From contig MU271646.1 of the NCBI GenBank assembly GCA_021432655.1, forward strand, positions 1 through 35,930: a stretch of DNA of 35,930 nucleotides, in the 5' to 3' direction. This document shows positions 1 to 11,539 of this stretch, one piece after another. A program made the position numbers and the translations under genes. Source of the DNA: Atractiella rhizophila (Eukaryota). The notes beneath the pieces are model-generated. The model had not been told where the DNA came from and did no database searches. It saw nothing but the letters and a program-made list of their open reading frames with translations. How positions within the stretch are numbered: the stretch's first letter is position 1; each line of letters opens with the position of its first letter.

Positions 1-216
1 GAGCTCGAAGACGTCGTCGCTGCTGGCGATTGGGCATTCGCGAAGAATGGGTTGGCAGTCTCCAAATATGTCGTTGCAAAAAGGTTTGGATACGGAGGTG
101 TACCCCGACGGCCGCTTCCTCAGGTTGCTGTCGAGGCTGGAGAGAAAGCGGATGAGGCCATGGGAGAGCTGTTGAGAATAGAAAGGGAGTTGACAAATGG
201 GTTTGGGTTTCGTTAG
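1..216 (+). CDS. 3' end (partial) of a DHDPS-family aldolase (dihydrodipicolinate synthase/HOGA/3-deoxy-hexulosonate aldolase-like)
   Basis: Frame 1 is open from base 1 to TAG at 214-216: ELEDVVAAGDWAFAKNGLAVSKYVVAKRFGYGGVPRRPLPQVAVEAGEKADEAMGELLRIERELTNGFGFR*. The GDW...K...FGYGG.PRRPLP pattern resembles fungal DHDPS-family C-termini. Not in the ORF track. Confidence 0.75.
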   Translation, partial: ELEDVVAAGDWAFAKNGLAVSKYVVAKRFGYGGVPRRPLPQVAVEAGEKADEAMGELLRIERELTNGFGFR

Positions 217-469
217 AAGATTTCAAGGCACTGTAGAGGACCACAGAATAATGTATCAATGGCTCCAAAGTCACCCTAAAGCCGGCCCAGGCATAGTTGA
301 AGTTGTCCAGTTTAGCCAGCAGTCTAGTAAAGTGAGGGCGTCAGCGACATTAGTGCAGCTATTTCGCTGTCCGCTGCAACATTACCACAGCGCTGTGGCC
401 CCTTGGCCATGCAGCACCACCCCTCAGGCCAATTTTCTCCAGAGCTTCGATAAACTGAACAACTGAACT

Positions 470-2437
470 ATGCCTCTGCATCGTCTACACATCTCCGGAA
501 TCTCGCACACAACAACTGCACAAGAGTTGGAAAGCCGTTTCTCGAGCTTTGGCAAAGTCCTTCCTGACAGTATCGCTGCATTGGGAACGAAAGATGGAAA
601 TGGTATGTATGACCCTTCCCCTTGACTGTAATTTGTCTAATGCATTGATCAGACAAACCTCGAAAATTTGCTTTTCTAACCCTTGACTGTACTGAGGAGA
701 ATCTCAAACGGTGTTTCTCCCTCCTTTCCGGCTCAAAGTACAAAGGCGAGACTCTGAGAATTTCCCTAGCGAAACATCCGGATTTTCAAGAGAAGTGCGT
801 TACCGTTTACTTTGTAGATAGAAACTTAAGGTATGGGCAGATTGCAGAGGGAACGCGAGGATGCAGAAAATCACAAGTCCAAAAAACGCAAGAGGAAACT
901 CCTTAAAGGGACGGAAGGGAAGGAAGTACATATGGATGCGTTGACCACGAAAGACAACTACTCTAGTCGCCATGTCAGTGCTGTTTTTGTCCCCAATTCC
1001 GCCTTTGAACCAGTCAGGTAGGGTTGGATCGCTCATCCTCGCAGGGCCAATTCTCCTATATTCCCTATCGTCGCTCGACCAGACCGTCCCATCCAGCCTC
1101 CGAAACCATCAAAACCATCGTCTTCCTCCTCCAACAAACAACCTGTCAAAATTTTGCCCCATGTTCGCCTCAATCCACTGGCATATCCGTCGCGGAAGCA
1201 TCTTCGTGAAAAGGAACTCAAATATGGAAGAGACCGCGTGATAGCTGGCCGAGATCGTGGTGATTGGGAGTGTGAGGTCGATGCACAAAAAGGCGAAATT
1301 AGATGGCAGAAACTTGGAGGAGAGGATGCAGAAGTCTGGGATTTTGATGGTCGCTCAGCGAGGCTACGGCAACACCGGACTAAGGTGGAGGAAGATGACG
1401 ATGCTGCTTCGTCTACGTCTTTCGCAGCAGCAGATCGCCCTGGCTCTGATGCAGAGGAGAACGTCGATCGTAATGACCTGTTAGTCCGAACGGTGAAAGA
1501 GAAAGAGTTACAGGAACGCATCATGAAGAGTTTGGGATTAGGTATCTTTGAAGCGCCGCAGACAGATGAAAGCGGAGAGAGGGGCAAACGTGCGCGAGAA
1601 TTGATGACTATGGATGCACAAACTGCGGCATCAAGTGTTGTATCTAATGGTTATCAGCCAGTCGGGAGATGGATGGTGGAGGATAGCGACGAGGAAGAAG
1701 ATGAGGAGGCGGCAGCGCCTACATCGCACGATACTTCTACCAAGAAGGCGGATCATGCCGAATTCAACTCCAGTTCTAGTTCTAGCTCCAACTCCAACTC
1801 TGGAGAAGAAGGGGCTGACGCTATGGATGTTGAGGAGATCAAGGAGCAGGCATCATCAGTTGAAGTTGCAAAGGTTTCCGTACCGAAATTGAAAGATATC
1901 TTCAAACCGCAAGAAGGATGTGCGTGTTTCCTACCTCTTTCCGTCATCATCTAAAGAGGAAACAGTCTCCTTTTCCTTTTCATCTCTCATCCCAACGGAG
2001 CTCCTGGACCCCGTCGAATCAGCCCTTCCGATTGCTGAACAGACAGAACACCATGTTCCCATTCCCCCCCGTCCAATCCATCCATCACGACAGCCACAAC
2101 TCTTCTTTCCCGTTCCTCGCTCTTCCAAAGGCACCCAGGTTCTCGAAAGCTGGGGTCTCACCACACCTCAGACAGACGCATTGAGACTTCGCGCAGAGAG
2201 TGGTACAGGTTGGCTCAGCCTAGCGTCCAAATGGAAGCGCACAGAGACTTCGTTAGTCCTTAGGTCATGTTCACTTAAGTCAATGACTTGACGAGTTGAA
2301 TCAGGGATATTATCCGCGAGAAGCACGAAGAGAAGAGGACGAGGCTGACCGAACTTGTGAGAAAGCGGCACAGAGAAGCTAATCGACGTTTGAAAAAGAC
2401 AAAGGGACGGTCACGAGCGTTTGGAGACGAACATTAA
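470..2437 (+). CDS. Spliced nucleolar RRM protein, NOL8-like (N-terminal RRM, acidic low-complexity middle, basic C-terminus)
   Basis: ATG 470 gives MPLHRLHISGISHTTTAQELESRFSSFG (RNP2-like). After intron 603-652: DKPRKFAFLTL (RNP1-like) ... LSGSKYKGETLRISLAKHPDF. Further GT-AG introns join ORFs 833, 1154 and 1920. Last exon reads DIIREKHEEKRTRLTELVRKRHREANRRLKK to TAA at 2435-2437. Confidence 0.75.
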
Positions 2438-2445
2438 ATGCATTT

Positions 2446-5400
2446 TTAATTTGTTGTGTCGACAGGCAACTCATCCATGACATGTTGATTTTCAGCGGCT
2501 TCCCTCACTCTCCTATGTGTTCGTAGGCCGCAATACATGGACGTGATCACGACTTTGGGATTGGGACACACTGCATGCGCTTTCAGATTCATAAGATGCT
2601 TGAAAGCGACGATGTAGCACAACTTGCTTCCCCATGGTTCGCCAAATAGATAACTCTGCCAACGAAAGTTGGGACTTTCCCAGAGCTTTTGGGAGTGAGC
2701 AAAAGAGTGCTCATACATAGCCGCAGCCTGCTTGCATGCTTTAGGTCAAAAGCTCAACAGATCAGGTCTGGGACGGACCTTCACGAAGTCCAAGTTCGTG
2801 GATGGACTGATCTCCCTCAAATCATGGCTCATCTCCCTCCCAAGATCAGCCCAAGCGCGATTGACTTCGTTTTTTGAGAACTTCTTTCTTCTTGCTTTTG
2901 TTTTGATCTGCTGACTGAGCCTTTCTTCTTCCCCGCCCCCCTTCTCTTGGACCTCATTGTCGCTCATCCGCCGTTTTATTTCCTCTGCGCGGGCTAGGCT
3001 CTTATGGAAAAGTTGTCTGAGTTCAGTGCGCAGCGGAAGGTCCTCAGCGAAGTCCCCAGACTCATTGAACTTAACCCAGCTCTGACCGTACAATTGAGAT
3101 TTGGAGAATATCTTTCCCAGGCAGAGAAACGCACTTGATATAGCGACTCATCCCAGAAATCTGCCGCATGCATTTCGTCGAAATGGCCAGCAGCTGCGTC
3201 TTGAAATTCATTGATGATGCGATTACCGAGGGATGTCATTCTGCCTTCTGAAGATTCCATTGGCAGGTCCTTACGGGGATGAGGACGAATAGAATCCTCT
3301 TTCTTAGTTACCTGCCTATGAAAGCCTAATTGTCAATGTCAATACTGGTCTTCAAAATTTTCCCTCAAGACTGACTTGTTTTCAGTAACTTCCCTTGCTT
3401 GAGTGAATCCAACGTTTTAGCGTATAGGAAACCAGTTTTGCAAGCCCTAGGATCGGAGGCACCATAAAAGTTTGCCCAGCTGTTGGCTACTAAGTGCGCG
3501 TGGTCCTTGTGAAAGTCGACTTACAACTTCTGCCAGTTGGAATCTACTCCTTTGGATTATTGGTCACTTCATTAGAAGAACTAGCTTACACATCTTGAAA
3601 TACACGGGACGTAACATATCTGCCAATAGGAGCTCCTGTAGTTTGAGAGTTTGATTTGCTACATCCAACTCGTCAAGCAGTGGAAGCACTTTAGACTCCA
3701 CTATTTCTCGCATTGTAGCGAACATTTCTGAGTCTTCGAACAGAGGCGGGCCGACCGGTGCGCAGTCAAATTGGTCAACGATACTACTGTGCCAGATAAG
3801 ATGGAATGTGTCCCCCTAATCCACAACACATTAGTTCACCTACTGAAGAAAGATGAGGCAAACATCGTAGTCCCCGCCTCCGGATTTTGATGCTTGTGAA
3901 CCATCTTCGTCCTCTAGGACTGAGAAGATGATAACATCTACGTATTCACGAAGTTCAGGCACGTCCTTAGCAATCAGTTTCTGAATGTCACTCGGCAAAG
4001 TGCATGGATTCCTGGTGGCAAGCACCGGCCCTTCAAGTATGTGGAAGAACGACCCGTCCGCATGTTGAAACTTGTCTCGGGGTTGAAAGAAGAGCTCCCC
4101 TTTCTTCAATACTGGTGGATCACGCGGATCAGGTATTGCGTAAGCGATTGCGGACTCCGATATATTTATGTGGGAGTCGGAGACTCTTCTGAGCTTTGTC
4201 TTGACAATGGTGGAAAGAGTACTGGCGAGATGAAGGTTGCTTGAGGGCAGATATCCAGCGTCAAGCATCTGAAGCGCAACCTCCTCTAAAGAAGCTGGAT
4301 ATCCTGAATATGTATCCTCCGTAGTGGAGAAAACGTCATCTACAGGAAATGTCGCCTCTTCTTCGTCAAGTTGTTGTTCTTCAGAGAAACTCAAGTCATC
4401 GGGATCCATTCCCATTTCCTCGTCTTTCGCGTAAGCTTTGAAACCAGACGAAGAACAAGGATCGCAACCAGATGTCATCTTGTTGATACGTTGGGAAAAG
4501 AGAGAGCCTGAACGTTCGACCATATCTCGAATCACAAGAGGTGGGCACGTGGGTGAAAGGAGTTGGAGATATTCTCGAATTGCTTCTTCGGCCTGCTCTT
4601 CCACAAATGTATGATAAAATGACTCCGCTTCCACCCTAGCCTTGTCCTTCGAAAGGTGTCGATGGTTTTGAAGCCAAGCAGCTCGTCGATCGAGCAATAT
4701 GAGGTAAATCTGAGGGTTCACGGATGCGTGTATCGTGGATTGAGAGAAGCGGCACACTTCGAAAACCAAGGCGTTCTTGCGCGACTTGTCAAACTCAAAC
4801 TTTTTCTGCGATTCACGGCATGTAATCCACTTCTCGCCATCATCCTGAGATTTCGCGCAGCGGTACCAAAGTCCCTTGCAGCTGCAAAGGATAAAGTCAG
4901 CATGGAATGTAGAGGTAAAACTCGATAACCCCCCTTCCAATCCGACCTTGAACAGCAGCTATTGCAATGAATGAACAATATGTCCCAAAATGAGAATTGA
5001 CATACCAGGGTATCCTCGTTGAGTGATATCCCAACCACCCATCTTGGCGATCTCCGCCATCGCACACCTACTCACGATTCCCGATCCATCAGTGTAGAGA
5101 ACGTCGGGCTGGTTAGGATATTTGATGTCATCGATCACTCTAAACTCGCTCTCTAGAAACGTGCAAGTTGGCACTGTCTTCGAAAGACCCAGCTGGAAAC
5201 GCGATCGGAACTTGGAGAGCGACAATGAGGAGCTGGAATGAGAAACCATGTTAGACCAATCTATGAAAATCCAGAAACTTGCTTTTCTCTGATGTTAAGT
5301 GGTATAAATGACGTGACGAGCTCCATAAGAGTGATAGTTTTAATGTCCATGCCTTCCACGGCAAAGAAAAAGACAGTGTCCTCTGAATGGCGAAATGCTA

Positions 5401-6150
5401 CAAATGTCCTCCCTTCAAGTTGAAGTGGGGTTTCCAGGAACTTTTCCAACGACTCCCCAACTTCAGGAGGTTCGATATCTCCAGGGAGAGGTTGATACCA
5501 GTCATCACCATTCGTCTTCACGATCGAAAATCGAAGGAAGCGGTCTGATCCGTACTCTCTGTAGAAACGACAGGAAGGACCAATTTGAGGTGGAGCAAGT
5601 CGAAGTTTGATTGGAGTCGCTTTGTCTAAACGATCCAACAAGATGTGTCCACCGTACCAAGCAGCTTGTGTACCGTTACGAGTAGAAACCTCCCCGTTGA
5701 CATCATTCACTTCTGCCCAAAATGCACGGGAAGATCTTGGCGGGGACATTCTGGGTGGTAAACGTCCTTTCTTGAGAACTTCATATCGACCCAAAAGTGC
5801 CTGACGAAGAGCCGACGGAGCAATGGTACTGAGGTTTGGATCGTTTAAGTTGGCCGGATCGTTGAAAGGGAGGACACCTTGAGGGTCGACGAAACGACCG
5901 ATTTCGTACTGTTTGAGCCATGGAAGCGGTTTGCATCCCCTGATCCGAAGTGGCCATGCAACAACGTTGAGCTGCGTCCACTCTGTACCAGCTGGGTAGG
6001 CCCTGATCTTGGTACTTCCTGGCGGTGGCTCACCTAACAGAAGTTGAGCCCTCAGCAACTCCTAGTGCAAACAGGAAACGACTGACGAAGAGTAAAACCT
6101 TGACGATTTTCATGTCTTACCTCCTCCTCGCTCAAGTTTCGAGGAGACAT
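2446..6150 (-). CDS. Eukaryotic RNA-dependent RNA polymerase (RNA silencing, QDE-1-like), multi-exon
   Basis: Motifs seen: SCRFYREYGSDRFL, RSRFQLGLSKT, YTDGSG, AVQGRIG..CKGLW, ATRNPCTLPSDIQK, and catalytic GGGDYD|GDTF split by intron 3816-3863, then LDSLKQG. Proposed start GCCATG at 6150 (MSPRNLSEEE) splices in phase 0 across intron 6062-6120 into ORF 5261..6058. Stop TAA at 2446-2448. The exons I traced join without stops. Confidence 0.92.
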
Positions 6151-9100
6151 GGCTGCCGAATGAGTTTATGGTGGTTAAACGTTAGGAACCAGAACGCGTC
6201 GTTCGCGCTTGTGAGCCTGGCAGCAGGCATGGTCGCAGAATGGGGGGTCCAATAAAGTCTATTCACTATAATGGCTGAGAGCAGCCGGCGCAAAGAGTCG
6301 CCTTTGGCAGTAACATTGGCTAAAGCCTTGAGGAGGAGAGAATGGGGAAACATCTTCGGTTGGCAAAGGGGCCAGGATCTGATACCTAAGGGGCGCATTG
6401 AACTTGAAAGCCTTCGCCTTCTACATGCCAGCCAGCATTGCAGTCGGTTTAAGAGCTGCAGCGATCAAACTTGAATCGGACAAGGGATTGATGGATCTCT
6501 TTCTCTTATCCAGCCTAGCCGGAACAGGGTCCCTTTTCAAGATTCTTGTCCAATGTCAGTAAAATGCTTGTAGGTACTGGACGTTGATTGGAAAGGCATA
6601 CCGCCGTGTTCAAACCGTGATCGTATTCATGCACTGCTGTGTCTTGAGCATTGCTCAATCGTCGTGGACAAACAAAACTGGGCCAGCAACCGACCATGAC
6701 TGTCCCGAAATTGTCAAATTGTCGTCGCGTCATTGTCCCACCATGGCCAACTGCAACGACAGTTATCTGCTCTTGTCGACGATTGCCCCATGATTGCTAG
6801 CTTATGTGGCAAGGAGGTGAGAAGAGCCTTTCTATTGTCCTCCAATCGAAACAAAATTGATGCCAATTCGGCTTAGGTCGCCTGTCATCTATCTACAGTT
6901 GCCGCATCATTAGTGGACTTGCCAATCGTTGACCACTTCTTCAGAAACAATGGACCACTGCAACCAATGATGCAATAATGATGGTTAGTCCTTTTTATTT
7001 CATTGCCAATGATGTGCTGACTCTGATGGCAAGCGAGGCATGTCATTGGCAACATCGAAAACGATTGAGTGATGGGACATCTCTGTCCAACCTTGGCCAA
7101 CCCGCTGCAGCTGTAGTGCAGGAGTATTGCAAGATCAGGAAATATGTCAGAAGTGAAGGAGATAGAGATGAAGCGATGGGGAGACTTGGAGAATCCCTTC
7201 CAATCGGTATGTTGTCTCTCGGAGCCATGATGGAAGGGGAAGGCGTTGACTCTGTGTGCGATTTGGATGCAGAGCTGCTACCTCATGTGCACTCTTCGAG
7301 CAGATCAGAAGGTAGGGAAGTTGAGATGTGGGTGCTCAACACTTCCAGTTCTGTATGATTTACCTCTGTAGCTGACACATTGCTCACGTTGGTTTTAGTG
7401 GCAGTATAAATCGTACTTCACATGACAACAAGTCACCGTCATTGCTTTTTGCCTTAACATGCTTTTGGTGTCCCAACGCCGCATTTTCGTTGGCATGAGA
7501 GATGGAGATGGAATGGAATGAAGCATGGACAAGGGATGGAAGCGCTCTGAAGTACGTGTTCTTCCTCTCTCTCGCCAGAGTGGCCTTTGCACGGGAACTT
7601 TCTGAAAGTTGGACTTCTGATGATGTTTGACGTCAAAGAAAACGACGACTTACCCTTCCTTCTCCCCCCTCTCCCTCCCCTGCTTTCCGTTCCAATTCCA
7701 ATCACAGTGCGCAACTCACCTCCCTAGAACGACACACTTTGTCTACACATCCCCCATCCACCCCTCACCCCCATTGATTGCGATTGGATCAAGATGAGCA
7801 CAGAGGACAAGATCAGGAGTTCGAAATGAGAGAGTCTACAAGAGGTCGAAGGAGGTGTAGCAGGGATTTTGCTGTGCAACAAGGGAGGGAGGTAAGTTCT
7901 TCAAATGTTTAGAGCGTGAGCAGCGGGTTAGTGTTTTCCGATCAAGCATGAAGGCTGGATTTAGTACGACTTTCGATCGTAAGTTTTCGCCAGGATATCA
8001 ATAATCACAACGACCACTGTGTCTGCCACCATTTGTTTCTTTTGAAGCTCAGTAAGAGCTGATCTTATCTTTTAGCCACAGGATCGCACCTAGACAAGGT
8101 CATCTTCGTCTTTCGCGTGTGAGTGGTTTCATTCTTTCGTCTTCCCCTGGTAATGAGGTTTGCACGTAGTCTTACTATTTGTTTAACGCATTCCTGTGCA
8201 TGGTGAGTCTCCCTGCTCACTTTCGCTTAGCTGACCAGCCTGTGCTAGAACATTGATATTCTTCGATTGGCTTCCCTCTTTTTACATCTTGATGATTCTC
8301 AAGGCCTTGGATCAGGTATGCCTTTAATCTCCTTACTCTCCATCCCGTTCTTACACCTTCTACTCTTGTTTTAGCCATCCAGTGTTGTTTATGACTCACT
8401 ATCCCCTAATATGTCGAACGACTGCTCGTATCCCCTCCGCTCAGCTCCTGACATCTCCACGACAGTTAGTAACGATGGGACGGTGAGCGGACAACTGGAG
8501 GCTGGAGGAAAGCAGTGGATGGGAAGTCGCGAAGGGGATGCGAAAGGAGGCAGAAGGAGGAAGCGAGGAACAGGAGGAGCGACAGGGAGGGAGACAGGCT
8601 GTAGTAAAGGTGGTATACAAAAAATTCAAGCAATTTGAACCAAATCTGAAAGTGCTAGTGCCATCTGGAAGCTGAATATTTAAGAAATTGCCACACCTTG
8701 ATGCGGATTTCATGCTGTCACTTCACCATTTTTACATAATCTTTCAGCTGTTGTCAAGTAGCAACAATCTTTGCTCAAGCATTGTCGAGCCGTAAAAGCA
8801 TTTCCAAGACATGCTTACATGGCCAGTATTGGCTGATGATTAATGCATTATCTCTCAAGAATGGTTGAACTATGGTTTGTTCATTGCCCAAATATTGTCA
8901 ACCCAGACAATGCTGCTTGGTCGACGTCGATTATTTTCACGGTTGGCAGTGGTTGGACAAGGATCTCAAAAAGAGCCCTGTTCCGGCTAGGAGGTACATT
9001 TGGGTTCTGTGGTTATTTTTGGTATGTTGGTGCCAAGTGCGTGGTCTTGTTGAGTTTTACCACTCAGTATAAATTCTCGAGTATTAAGCCCTTTTCAGAC

Positions 9101-9625
9101 TAGCCTTTTACTGAACTGTACAGTCAGAGTGGGTGTTAAACGTTAAACCCTTGTAAAATGATCACTGATTGTCTCTAATTTTCCACCACGTTTTCATCAC
9201 TCAACAAAGATGTCTCCATGTCTTTCTGAAAATAAACATGGATTGTTTCGTCAACATTTTGTATGGTATAGCTTCAAGTCGAATGTTCCAGGATTGATGT
9301 GACTACAACCTTACGAGGTAGCCTAAGGGAATCGACCTATTGACATGGTTGCCCGAAAGTTCTGCCTTTCGATCGCCCCCACCAAGAAAAGAGAATGAAT
9401 GTATGCATGCAGTCAAAGCAAGTATCCAGTAACCTTCTTCCTGGGATACTGAGAAAGTGCGTATTCCCAACGGGGAACCCAAACTGCCAGACTATCCGAC
9501 AGAAAGAACTCCACTCGATTTTATTTTAGTGAAGGAGAGCAGGGCTGGCAACTGTTCATGTTATGTATGCAAATTGGTTGAAGAACCCGGGCTCATGAGC
9601 TTCATGCAGTGGGTCTGAAATGGGG

Positions 9626-9633
9626 TATATAAA
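9626..9633 (+). promoter_or_regulatory. Putative TATA box of the DUF6533 gene at 9679
   Basis: TATATAAA about 50 nt upstream of ATG 9679. The paralog at 21247 has TATAAA at a similar distance. Confidence 0.5.
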
Positions 9634-9678
9634 GAACTTGTAGATGCCCAAAACTTTTTCTGCGGCACAAGAGACGCC

Positions 9679-11247
9679 ATGTCAGCTTCCGCTCTTTCCA
9701 CAAATACTAGTCCTACCGTAGAAGAACAGCTCGATATCGCCCTTCAGCGCGCTGCTATTGAGGACATTCTCTCTGCTAGTGGTACCTATCTCACTGGTTC
9801 GCACTCCTCTGGCTTCTACTATGAACTCTAGTGACGGGAAGATAGCTTGCGTTGCAATTTACGGTTGGGATTTTAATTCTTACTTTCCCTGACGAATACA
9901 AGACGATGTGGAAGGCAGACCGTTGGACGTCAGTTCGTGCCGCATTCTTCCTGAATCGGTAACTGTCTCAATTCCTTCGCAGGCGGGAAGGCTTATGCGA
10001 GGATTATGCAGCTACTGGGGGCTCCGGTCATCGTCTATGCGAGGATTATGCAGCTACTGGGGGCTCCTGGTCATCGTCTATGCGAGGTGCCTCCTTTGGC
10101 TCGAATTTGACCCAAAGACTTGCGATAAGATTCACCTTATCGGCCCAGCCGCAACCACCTTGCTCTTTTGTGAGCGCCGCCTCCCAATTCGGGTCGGAGC
10201 TGACGGACATGTCATAACTGCAGTGAGTTGTCAGTTCCTACTGGGCGCGAGGGTGTGGGTCATGTGGAACGTCGAAAATGGATTGCTTGGTTCTTTGGAA
10301 CGTTGGCAATCTGTAGTACTGCTCTTCAGATCTTGGCATTCACCACGAGCAAAGCATTACCTTTGTAAATTTCAAGATTTGTCCGAGGAGGCGTTGACAG
10401 GGTCAATAGACTGCCGGGGTTGAGAGGGTGCATCTCTACAAGAGGAGATAAGAAATGATCGATTCCTTTCTTATATGCGACTTCAAACGAGCTGATGCTT
10501 CTTTAAGCGACCTCTGGGTTTATTGGTTTGCGCCTCAACTGAAGTCTGCATCAGATCGATGATAACTAGCATAGGCTCTCACTTCTTCTCTATGATACGA
10601 TTGCCACGATATTCATGCTTATGTGCGTCACATGGATATCCCCTGCAGTTCGATTAGTTACTGAACCCAATGAGAGACCTCTCGCGGCTCACTGGGGAAA
10701 CGCACCTCGTACGCGCCTCCTCTCGCCCTTTGTGCGTGACGGCGTCCTATACTTTATTATTGTATTCATCTGCAACTTGGTCAACGTGATTTATTTCTCG
10801 TCCGTTCTCATCGTTTAGATTTTCACTCTGACCTGACACAGACCTGTGAACAGCATCCCCGGAGAACTCAACCCAGCTTTGAACGGACCGCTTTCTCTCA
10901 TAATCACGACGATTATGGCCTCTCGTATTGTTCTCCATCTTCGATCTATTGATCCTGCTGCAGACTCGCAGGAGCGAGACGGCAGTGATTCCAATGGACA
11001 CAACAATGTAGTTACAAAGGTTGCAGGACCGGACACGGAACACTGGGCAGAAGAGGGATTATCCGGAGGTTGGGAGGTCAGTTATGCTGGTGTGATGGTC
11101 ACTATTGAAACCGTGAAAAGTGGAAAAGAAGCTGGTCCATCACTACTCTTGCCCTTCATTCCTGATGGAACGACTAGATTTAACATGACCCAAGACGACA
11201 CAAGTTCTAAGCCTACAGTGTTGGCAAGCACAATATTTGAAAACTGA
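9679..11247 (+). pseudogene. DUF6533-family multi-pass (7-TM, GPCR-like) membrane protein, disrupted copy
   Basis: MSASALSTNTSPTVEEQLDIALQRAAIEDILSAS..., YGWDF..TFPDEYKTMWKADRWT..AFFLNR, RDGVLYF, IMASRIVLHLR. Lesions relative to paralogs: +1 nt near 9871-9876 (TGA at 9890), -1 nt near 10268, intron donor GT changed to AT at 10455, and a 42-bp internal duplication at 9994-10087. Confidence 0.8.
9994..10087 (+). repeat. 42/43-bp tandem duplication bounded by TATGCGAGG, duplicating a splice acceptor
   Basis: TATGCGAGGATTATGCAGCTACTGGGGGCTCC(T)GGTCATCGTC starts at 9994 and 10036. A third TATGCGAGG starts at 10079. Confidence 0.95.
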
Positions 11248-11539
11248 GTGGATTCTTTAAAGTTCGTGTTTTCCCTTAGAGATACTATATTACTCGTTTC
11301 GTCTCTAATAGTCGTTTACAACTTCGCTTAGGCCTAGCAGACGTGTGCAAACGATGCTTCATGCTCCAACCTGAGTGTCATAAAATATTGATTTCATTCA
11401 TTGATGTTTGAGTTAGTTTAAATCATTTCGATCTTCATTAGTTTTGATACATGGAAGGATTGCCAGACCGGACCAGAGACAGAGACCAGAACCAGAACCA
11501 GAGCCAACCTCAAACTTCCTCACACATCAACGCCAAATT

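Noticed and set aside
2446..6150. RdRP as an endogenous viral element
   Set aside because: Many spliceosomal introns and the cellular DxDGD motif rather than the viral GDD palm motif.
8600..9250. AT-richer stretch as a possible transposon relic
   Set aside because: No terminal repeats, target-site duplication or recognisable transposase/RT motif found.
11463..11506. CCAGAR-like hexamer repeats downstream of ADH (also 14883-14926)
   Set aside because: Short degenerate microsatellite in a 3' UTR. Not a CRISPR or coding repeat.
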